In this document: piece after piece, positions 55,296-64,000 of the stretch | Layout of the letters: the number at the start of each line of letters is the position of its first letter | Position numbering within the stretch: the stretch's first letter is position 1 | Origin: Raillietiella orientalis | Lineage: Eukaryota | DNA: 64,000 nucleotides | Reading direction: 5' to 3' | Assembly: GCA_036172245.1 (NCBI GenBank) | Contig: JAYWIR010000025.1 | Location: 1,550,001-1,614,000, forward strand | Position numbers and translations under genes: made by a program | Notes under the pieces: model-generated | Seen by the model: the letters and a program-made list of their open reading frames with translations, nothing else | Told to the model about the DNA's origin: nothing | Database searches by the model: none

Positions 55296-56265
55296 TCGTC
55301 TCAAGGAGTCCCTGAATTCCCGCCTATCACGAGCCGCACGGTTTCGTCCTTCCCTCTGCCCCGCTCCGCCTCCGAGCCCATCGCGAAAAAGAGACGCGCG
55401 CGCGCGCGGAAAAGCTTCGCACGCCCTTGGACTCGCACGCGCGCGCCGCGCCAGCAGCAGCTTCCAAGGCCGCCAAAACTCCTCGACCGGGGCGACTTCC
55501 GGTCGCAACATCTTCGGCAGAGACGCGGAAGTGGAGAACCTTCTCCCCCCCTCCCAGCCCTTTCCTCGAAGAAAGGGAGGGAGAGGGTAAAGGGGCTCGT
55601 CGCCGCTTCTTCTCGGGACGGGACGTCCGATCCCCGCGAGCGGTGGAGACGCCCAACCCCCTAAAGGTAAACCCTGGAGTCAGGACAGAAGCAAGACCAA
55701 GCGTTGTCTGAGGGGAGAAAGCGGGGAAGGTGGCACCACATCGGGTGAGGTCCTCTCCGCCGAGGAGGGAAGGGGAGAGGAGCGTCAAGCGGAACAGCCA
55801 CCTCCCACGAGGAAGCGGCGCGCCCCGTCCTTCCCCGGAGCGAGCGCCTTTCGGCTCCCTGGCTCCACGGAGGACCTCCTTCCACGACGTGGGACCGCCG
55901 CCGCACCAATGAGCGCCCGCCCACCCGCTCCCAAGGACGCTTTCAAGAGCGCTCCCCCCTCCCGGAAGCGGAGAGGGGGGGGAGGAGCGCCCCTCCGCAG
56001 CCCAAGGTAAAGGTCGCGGAGTTAATGGAGCGGATCGGGGAGGAGCGGGCGGTCTGCCGTGGGCGTCCCGGGAAGGAACCGGCGCGCGCGCCCCTCTCCG
56101 TACCCTTCCCTTTCAGAAACAAAGGGTAAAGGGAATGGGGATACGCCCCAGGACTGGCACGACCGACGGAGCCGTGCCCTGTCCATCGGGACGAGACTTT
56201 CGGAGAGAGGGGCAGCCGTAGATCCCCCTCTCCCCTTGACTATATCATCTAGGCCTTTCAAGTCA

Positions 56266-56334
56266 GATATTGGTAGTAGCATTGCTGATTCTGTTAAAAA
56301 GGTAGGAAAAGAAGGTGTGATCACTGTTGAAGAG
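56266..56334 (+). pseudogene. groEL: 69-bp fragment of a bacterial (Wolbachia-like) chaperonin groEL
   Basis: Translates to DIGSSIADSVKKVGKEGVITVEE, the conserved VGKEGVITVEE segment of GroEL/Cpn60. The IADSVKKVGKE variant matches my recollection of Wolbachia GroEL (DIGNSIADSVKKVGKEGVITVEE). AT-rich codons. Confidence 0.85.
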
Positions 56335-56394
56335 CTTCCATTCTACTACAACAAACTTTATGATATTTTATATTACAATGGCTTTTTTGTTTCT

Positions 56395-56457
56395 GCAGAA
56401 GTTGAAAACATTTTAAAATTTTCCGACGACTTTAAAGATGCAAAAACCGTCAAACTG
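56395..56457 (+). pseudogene. uvrD: 63-bp fragment of a bacterial UvrD/Rep/PcrA helicase gene
   Basis: Translates to AEVENILKFSDDFKDAKTVKL, the segment between motif III (YxWRGA) and motif IIIa (LExNYRS) of SF1A helicases; AT-rich like the adjacent groEL piece. Confidence 0.7.
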
Positions 56458-58316
56458 CCCCCTTTTTGCCCCTTTCCTCCCCGACAGGCATTTCGAAGGC
56501 ACGGTGGGCAGGTGGTTGAGGGAGGGAGGGGGAGAAGGCAGGGCGGACCGAGACTGCCGCTCGCCTCCTCCCGCCTTCTGAGGACGCCTTGGCAGCGGGA
56601 GAAGTGGGGATCGAGCTGTCGCAGCCTTCGAACCGCGGCAGCACCGCCGGCGCACACGACCTTGAAGCTTCTTTCTCCGTTTCCTTTGGGGAAGGGTGAG
56701 ATCCAGACACCCAGGGATGTATGAGAGGGATACCCCCCCTGCTGGACCTGGAAGCTTCTTGCATCTTTGGGAGATGAAGATGCACAGACTCTCCTCAACT
56801 TCGCAAGGAGACCAGAGGCTACCCTCAGTCGGTTGCCGCCGCCCTTCTGCACCCCAGTGGGTCCGAGCAGCGGCCGCCCGCCGGCAGAGACGCCACCTGT
56901 TAAGACGAGCCTCCGCTTCCTTCATCTTCTTTTCCTGGCACTCCCGACAAGCGCCGCCTTCTCCTTCAAGGAAACTCTCACCGAGTGGTGCATGAGAGGC
57001 GAAAGGGGAAGAGGAAGGGAGGAGGAGGAAGAGGGAGAGAGGAGGCCGCCTTCGGGCTACGACGACATCACCCAGTAAGACCAGTCTCCTCCTCCCCCCT
57101 TCCTCCTTTTCCTTTTCGTCTTTGCCTCTAGCGCGGCCACCCTTCGGTTACGGTTGCGCCCGCCCGAAGGGGCCGCCTCCAGCGGCCGTCGGAAGGTGTG
57201 AGCCGCCGCCGCAAGCTCGTCGAAGGTGGAGGCGTCATCTCGCATCCTCGGCCGTGGTCTCGACACAGCCTCCTTCCGTCGGTGGATTTCACTTGGGATT
57301 CGACGGTCACCTCGTCCCCCAGCGTCCGAGGTTGCGATGTCTTCCTCGCCTCCTCCGGGCTTGGTCTTTCCGCGCGGCTGCTACTTCTTTCCGAACGGGC
57401 CCGTGGTCCCTCGCTGCTGGCATTTCCCTCCCCAGGACCGGGAATCCCTTTGAAGAAGCCCTTGCTGTTCCGGTGTCCCTCGCGATCCTTCCTCCGCTTC
57501 CCGCGGGCAGCTGCCCTCTGGGTCGGCTGCGCGCCTTTTCGGCGTGGGCACGCCTCCAGCGGCACCGAGGGACATTCAACACGCGCGACTGGGGTGCGCA
57601 CACGCCTGTTGTTTTGTGGAATGCTTCTCCGAGATAAACCTCCGGGAAGGAGGGAAGTGAGGTCGCTTCACCGGAGGAAATAGCCGCGGAGATGCAAAGG
57701 CAGATGAAGTTCTACCGCTCTGCCATCTCCCGCGCCGAGATGAGGGCCTCCACGGTTTCGGATAACTTTCGAGCGCGGCGAGTGCCAGGAGGAGGGGCGC
57801 CGTGGCGAGGAAAGTCCCGGTGCCATCCCACTTCCTTCCATCTCTCACTAGCCTCCCGATCCGCAGGCGTCCGCTGCTCCGTAACGGACCGGGAAAGAGG
57901 TAGAGGGAAGGAGGAGCTGCCATAGGAGACCAAAGAAATCGCACCCACAAGGAGCTGATGCTCCTGCGGCCTCGACGATGGACTCCCACACCCGAGTGCG
58001 CAACGGGTCGTAGCTCGTGGGACTCCAAAGGTCAGCCGGAGGAGGAGAAGCGCACAGGCGCCGACGTTGCAGTTGCCAAGGCGGGAGAGCGCCACGCGCT
58101 CGCATGATGCATGTGTCCGGGACACGTGCAGTGGCGCGGGCGCGAACCGCTCCGCACAATATTCACTCGCCCTCGGGTAACCGGCTCCTTTCCTTCCCTC
58201 CAGCCTTGGATTTCAAAAGCCACGCTCCCAACAAGGGCTGGGGGCCACAGTTTCAAGCTCGCTCGCAACCTCGAACCGAGTCCGACCTCAAGCATACCAG
58301 ACGACGTTCGAAACTG

Positions 58317-58463
58317 CCCCTTCCTCTTCCTCACTTCTTTTCCCCTTCCTCCCCTCTTCCTCTTCCTTCCTTCTTCTCTTTCTCTCTCCTCCTCCCCTTC
58401 CACTTCCTCCTTTTCCTCTTCTTCCTCTTCCTCTTCCTCCCCTCTTCCTTCTTCTTCTTCCTC
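58317..58463. repeat. Polypyrimidine (CCT/CTT) tract
   Basis: Direct read of sequence. Confidence 0.9.
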
Positions 58464-58994
58464 CAAGGTCTCCTGTTTCGATCCAGTGTTTCATGCAACT
58501 CACAAACATCTCAGAATGCAGCATGCGGCATGCCAAGATGGGATGCTGTGTGCAGCAACTCCAAATGAAATGCACATGCGGGCATATCAAGATCAAACGT
58601 GGAAAATCAGGTACAGATCGTTCTCTGTGAAAGTCTGGATCTATTCAGGGAAACTGACATCATCAGAAGCAGCTGCTCGTGATGGGACCTTTCCCTCGCA
58701 TCAGAATGCAATCGAAGACAAAGAGCTCAGGATCCCAGCAGCCGAAACCATAAATTTTCCTCTTCGTTACATAACGTCCGCATCGGGGATGTGTTGCGAT
58801 TCCTACGAATGAAAGCATCCATCGCCACACCTTAGAGACGGTGACCAAGGCTCATGTTGCCCGTATCAACGGGGCAATACCAGTAGTACGGTAGTACGAA
58901 CCTTGAAACTCGAGCATCGGTTCAGTCATCTGTTCCTTCAATCAAGAAAACAAGCCAAGCGTCGTTTCTCTTTCGAAAAGCACGGGAATGAGGA

Positions 58995-59082
58995 AGTGTT
59001 CTCGAAACACGAGCTGCTGCGAGTAAGAGACAGTGGATAGTGTTCTCGAAACACGAGCTGCTGCGAGTAAGAGACAGTGGAT
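58995..59082. repeat. Perfect 44-bp tandem duplication
   Basis: agtgttctcgaaacacgagctgctgcgagtaagagacagtggat x2 (58995-59038, 59039-59082). Confidence 0.95.
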
Positions 59083-59899
59083 GATTTGAACTTTCGATCC
59101 ACCTAATGGACATTAAAAGGTCGAACGAGTGTGTGTGCCATTGTAGAAGAAGGAACCAAGGAGATTGTAGGCAAAGACAGCGAGCAATGCAATCTTCCCA
59201 AATGGTCACACTGTCGACTTAACCGTCCGACTGCCATCCACATTGGTCAAATCGTTTCGTAAGAGCATCAGTGGAGACGCATGGCACATGCAGATAAGCA
59301 CATGCCATTGGAGGAAAGCGTGCAGCGGTGGTAAACAAGTGGTTAACGAGCATAGAGTGAACCATCCGACCTGAATGCCAAAATATTGAATTCAGAGGGA
59401 GGAGGTCATTGTGTGTGATAATCACAGAGACGTGGTATCAAGGATAAGATTATAAGGAGAAACCCATGGCAACTTGGCAAACCATCTGTGGTTCAGGGCG
59501 CTAGGAGTCGCTTTTTGTTCGACTTGTAAGAGAAGTGTTTTCTTGCGTCTTCACCTTGGTCATCTTCAGCGAGGGAGAAGCATGTGTTCCCCTCTCTTCT
59601 AAGAAAGCCTTTGAAAGGAGAAATCTCCAGACAAACAGGAAATGAAGGCGAAATTTGAAAACACACACACTTCCTAGCAGGAGGAAGGAGACGTCAGCAT
59701 TCTAGAATTTTTAGTCTGGCGAGCTTAGAAGCCCCTGGGGCAATCGCCGTTTGCTGTTTCATGAAGTCCGAGGCTGTGGTAGCTGTTGCAGCTCGACGGC
59801 CATCCAGTGGGGGGTGAACGGTACTTCTGAAAATCAAAGGGAACATTTGTCCTCGTATTAATGCCTGACAACCGGGGTGTGTGAAGCGCACTTGTTCGT

Positions 59900-62400
59900 A
59901 TTCCTGAGAAGAGAAAGAGATGGCGGGAGGGAGGGGAGCATCTCTCACAAGGGAACGCGAGTGAAAGAGCCCACATTTCCCTGTGAAAGACGAAATCGGG
60001 TTAGAGGAAGTCGGGAAATAAGAGAGAATCAATCATTCGCTTCAGACGGCGAAAATAAAAGATCCTTCGTATGACCAGATGGGTGATTTTTCATCTGCTC
60101 TTCGTTCGGAGAGCAATGGAATGGTGTTGTCTCTTCGCACTCCCTCTTCATCAGAGTTGGTGAACGTCAAAGGGGAACTCTTTGGGATCATCCTTTTGGA
60201 ATGCCCAATTCTTGCGAAGGCGTCCCCGAAATGCAGTCTCTTGTAAACACGACTGCTTTCGGACGTCGCAGGTCCAAGGTCTTCCAGCACTATTCGGAAT
60301 CGCAAGAGAGGAATGCATGGATAGGTTGCTGCTCCCAGTTCACGGAAACTTCGAGCGAGGAGGGTGGGTCGAGACGACAGACAGTAGGCGCGGACTCTTC
60401 GCCCAGGAGCTCACAACATCTGGGGCTCAGGTTTCGTGCCAGTAATCTCAAGAGAGGGAGGAAAGATGAGGTTACGCTTCGACCGCAATGTCACGTTCTC
60501 TTTGGCTCTCACTACTAGCAGGGACCTGGGTTTGTTCCTCCGCTCAGGGTCCGAGAGAATGGGGAGCCTTACTTTTTCACGTTTTCATGGCGGGCGCGCA
60601 ACACCTCAGCGCATCCCATTGCAGTTTTCTCAAGACGGTCTCTGGAAATTCCAGGGCTGGGAGAGGTGAGAGGAAACTTCTGGCATTCGGAAAGGCTTGC
60701 ATAACTCGAGGTGACCAAGGAGGAAACACGTGGAATGGCATCCTTGCGAGAACGATCTTTCACAATCGGGTAGCAAACGGGATCTGAAACCAAACAGAAG
60801 ATAAATGCGGACAATTTACGTGGAGTGTTTGTTCGTGTCTTTTTTTCTTTTTTTCTTTTCTGTCCCACTCCTCCCCCCCTTTTTTTTCAGTAGTTAAAGG
60901 CAGCACATGAAGCAAGAAGTGCTCATGGTCATGGAAACGCAGCATGTCGAAATTAGTGCAGCTGTCCCTTGAAACGACTGCACAAATCAGTTGGCCACAA
61001 GAATAAGAGAGAGAAAAAACGAGAGACTGCAATCATGAGGAGGGAAAAAAAAAATGTTAAAGGCATTGATGAAGGATGTGGAATTTCGAGGTGCAGCTTT
61101 CAAGAGGGGATTTTCCAGCCAAACTGGAAAAATCCACCCTTCCTGCACGAGAATAGTGACGTCATGGAAGATATCTATCTAGCTTGTGACCACCTGGCCT
61201 AGCCGGGGTCCTGCATTCAGGGGAGGAATTCTCGTCGGAAAAGAGGGGAGGAATCCTTCCTTCCGGCGCGCCTTCCGACGGGCGCGTGAGGCGCATCAGG
61301 GAGACACATTTCCTGAGGGGCAAGACCCCTTTGCTAATCTCGAGGCAAACGACACACTTCCAGGGACGAGACTGCGTCACCCAATGCTACTAGATGCGTG
61401 CCAGATTGGAAACTGCAACCAGCGACGGGAAGAAGCAAAGCAAAAAGATAGAGGAGACCACCCGTAAGAAGGAAACACGAGAGTTTCTTTCCTTGGCTAC
61501 CCTCTGACATTCAGGCGAGCCCGATGGTCGAGTTTTCTTCACTTTCATCGACTCCTGTAATCGGATAACACCGACCGATTCGAATTCCCGTCCTCTGCCA
61601 CACTTCCCACTAAACAGCCGCTCACCGGAACCGAATAGGTGAGAAGAGGAGCAAAAGGCTATTCAGCCTACGACGTAAGAGTACGGGGGAGGTGCGAGGA
61701 ACGCCTGGAAAAAAGACGGGAGAAATGGGAAGGAAAGGAAAGGGTCGCGTAGGTGGCGCTTGGAAACGAGTCTTTCCAGACGACGGGAGCTCTCAGACAG
61801 CTGAAGAAGAACGGGGATATTTTCACGTGGGAATTTCCCCGTTCCTTGGTTCGTTTCGCTCTCCTGTTGTGGTGGAGCTCCGACAGGATTCCATCTTTGA
61901 TCCGCCTGGCCCTCGGACAGGATTCCTCCTACCCAAGGGCAGGTGGGTGCTGCGAATTCACGGGAGCAACCGCACAGTCTCGCGGTGTGGGGGTCTGTAG
62001 AGAACCTACCGCTTTTCTCATGAGAAGGCCAAGCCAGGCAGTTGGGCCCGGGATGTGCAACCGACAAGTGGTTCCCGAAAAAAGCATTTTCTTTCAGACG
62101 GTCCAGCTCGAGTGACTTACAACATCTCGTCTCTCGTTGACTATGACCTTGGACTCGTTACTAACAACCTCTAAGTGGCAATTTCTGCTCTTAGCAATTG
62201 ATGAAGACCTTTTCCCCCATGGCCAGGAGCCGCATAGTTCGGAGCTTCTCAGATGCTAGCACGCTACCCAGCACACCCATGAGATCCCCGTTGCCTTCTT
62301 TCACGCCTTCCTCATCCTCCGACCGGCAGAAATCAAAGAGATGCTGATTGGACCGGAATCCAGCTCTGATCCAGAGAGCGCACAAAAAAACCTCTCCATT
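59900..62400 (+). mobile_element. BEL/Pao pol relic (RT to RNase H), interrupted
   Basis: VFQHYSE, PVISREGGKMRLRFD (PVxRxxKxxxxRxVFD-like), LRSGS, HPIAV, WKRV and LLWWSS (LWWxGP-like), in order. Confidence 0.4.
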
Positions 62401-63606
62401 AACATGGAGTAGTACTTTTTTTCAAAGAAATGAGAAGGAGGGAGGGAGAGAGTTTGCCACGAGATAGAATCTCTTACTTCTCTGCTTTATGGCTTTGTTT
62501 CTTCCAGGGACCACTTTGCAAGGGATGCTTTCGTGCATCTTCAAAAACAGTTTTATCACGCCACAGATCTCCCTTACGAGCTGCTTTTCTTAAGGCTCGC
62601 AGAATCCCGTCCACTCTACTTCCACCTTACCCGTAGTGGGCATGCTCTTTACTGTACGATGATCCCCATTCTAAAGATTCGTTGCTGCTGCGTAGGACCC
62701 GACTAGCATCAGGATGCCACTGCTTCTCTGTCTCGTGCGAATCCAGATAGAAACTTTGCAACTTTTCCGCAATCTCGAGCAAATGCCTGCAGAGGCAACG
62801 ACTATTTCTTTGCATTCCCGCTGCTCTCATTTCATGAAAATTTGTCCTCCAGGATTCCTAATCCGGGAACCTTTCTAATAAATTTCCGGAATGCCTCTTG
62901 AGAATTCTCACAGGAGTGTCCTTTTTCGTGTTTGCATTGAAGGCAGAATGTATTCCCCTGGAGCGCTCCTGATTTTTGACCTACAAGGAATCAGGCCGCT
63001 GTGGTTTGAATCATCCCAAGATGCAGCATCGCCACTCGAGCGATCGTCGTCCTCAGCACCACACTTCCACTCGACGTTCCTTCGAAGTTCGGAAATAGAC
63101 CACTAAAGCTGTGCTGGAGTCCACTCAAAGCCATCACTCTTCTTTTTTTTCCATGCAGCCTTTTCCGAATCGAATCCTTGAAGTGGACCCTCTACCTGTC
63201 CCTCTTTTCAAAGTCAGTGCACAAGCTCTCTCTTTTCAAAGCTTGAGGGTGCTGTACAATCCGGAAAGACGGCGGAAAGAAAGCATGCAGAGTGCAGTAA
63301 CTTGGGAACGATCTGTCTTGCTCCCATTCTCAGTTGTCCTTTTGGTTTCCAGTACCTTCTGCTACATCTCAATGGCATCCGCTGCTAATTAGCGATGCTT
63401 CTCGGCTTGTGATCTCGCTCCAGCACCTAGAGAGCTGTTTTCTGGAAACATGAATTTTAACTTGAAATAAATAAAAATGGCCGTCATTGCATGGAATGAA
63501 AGGAACCCTGGTCATCATATCTTCAGTCAAGTCCTCATCTCAGTGATGCGAGACAAGATGGTGCCAAGCATTTCAAAAGCTGCTTAGAAGATCTAAGAGC
63601 TAGCGG

Positions 63607-63943
63607 TGCTATGCAGCCGGCACCGACTTCCGACTTGGTGCAAAACCCGACTTGGCGGTGCAGCAAGGACGAATCGCTATTCTGCACGTCATTGCCGGCC
63701 CTCCTCGAAAAGGCAGCCAGTGGCTCCTGGAAAGGCTGGCCAACGGATGCATGCCAGCCTGAGTTGCACCACACCTCGGCCACGGAAGTCCCTGAGTATC
63801 AACAAGGTCTCTGGTGACTCTCCGGAGGAAACGGCGTGGCGTAAAGAGAGCTCGAGGTATCGTGACACTAGAGAGAGCTGGTGTGCTCCCCCCTTATGTT
63901 ATGTAAAAACCTGAAAGTAAATTAGACGATGTATGGCGAACCT
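63607..63943. repeat. Dispersed repeat, inverted copy of 43108-43467
   Basis: Reverse-complement alignment, e.g. gagttgcaccacacctcggccacgg vs ccgtggccgaggtgtggtgcaactc. Confidence 0.8.
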
Positions 63944-64000
63944 AATCGTCGGCTCCTTGTGACCCCCTGGGGAAACCGATGTAGCGCCAAAAGACCTCGA

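Larger units (their letters stand above)
52880..57260 (+). mobile_element. GC-rich, heavily decayed BEL/Pao pol (RT - RNase H - integrase - C-terminal domain)
   Basis: Motif echoes in canonical order across frames: ILEILARARSHP, TDIRKFVQ, MAPFG, FTVDE, IFCVSQGKA (HxFCDASxKAY-like), FVNGRKE, HLRQR, GRERVK, RALSIG, QAFRR, PGMYER, QTLL..EATLSRLP, LPLARP. Interrupted by purine/pyrimidine tracts and by the 56236-56457 insert. Confidence 0.6.

Noticed and set aside
52889..55664. Long ORFs (345, 311, 252 and 231 aa) as host genes
   Set aside because: R/G/P/S-rich, overlapping on both strands and without continuous domains; explained by high GC and a decayed BEL/Pao pol.
56236..56457. Functional groEL/Hsp60 exon or a CRISPR-like array
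   Set aside because: Only 23 codons match GroEL, no other Hsp60 exons are in the window, and no direct repeats separate the captured pieces.
4246..56457. Functional link between Duox (ROS immunity) and the nearby Wolbachia-like insert
   Set aside because: They are ~48 kb apart with nothing in the sequence connecting them; proximity is most simply coincidence.
63393..63420. U2 snRNA-like 5' word (gcttctcggc)
   Set aside because: Only ~10 nt match; no branch-point recognition sequence or Sm site follows.

Overview
Eukaryotic genomic DNA, most likely from an arthropod (inferred from the Duox sequence and tiny GT-AG introns). The only intact host gene I can support is the 3' ~three quarters of a dual oxidase (Duox): 12 exons at 4246-8372 (+), 1123 codons plus stop, introns mostly 45-63 nt. 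The remaining ~55 kb is a field of decayed transposons: many BEL/Pao LTR-retrotransposon pol fragments, several Tx1/L1-like non-LTR 3' ends, one NeSL/Utopia-type RLE retrotransposon 3' end and pogo/Tigger-type MITEs. The most striking signal is a ~220-bp AT-rich insert (56236-56457) inside a very GC-rich BEL/Pao integrase relic. It is a mosaic of ~30-70-bp pieces, two of which translate to Wolbachia-like GroEL and bacterial UvrD peptides. Also notable are a 566-bp near-identical inverted tract inside otherwise diverged repeat copies (23477-24042 / 30805-31370) and a 295-bp foldback with perfect 60-bp arms (50811-51105). All family assignments come from motif recognition by eye; no database search was run, and TE boundaries are approximate.
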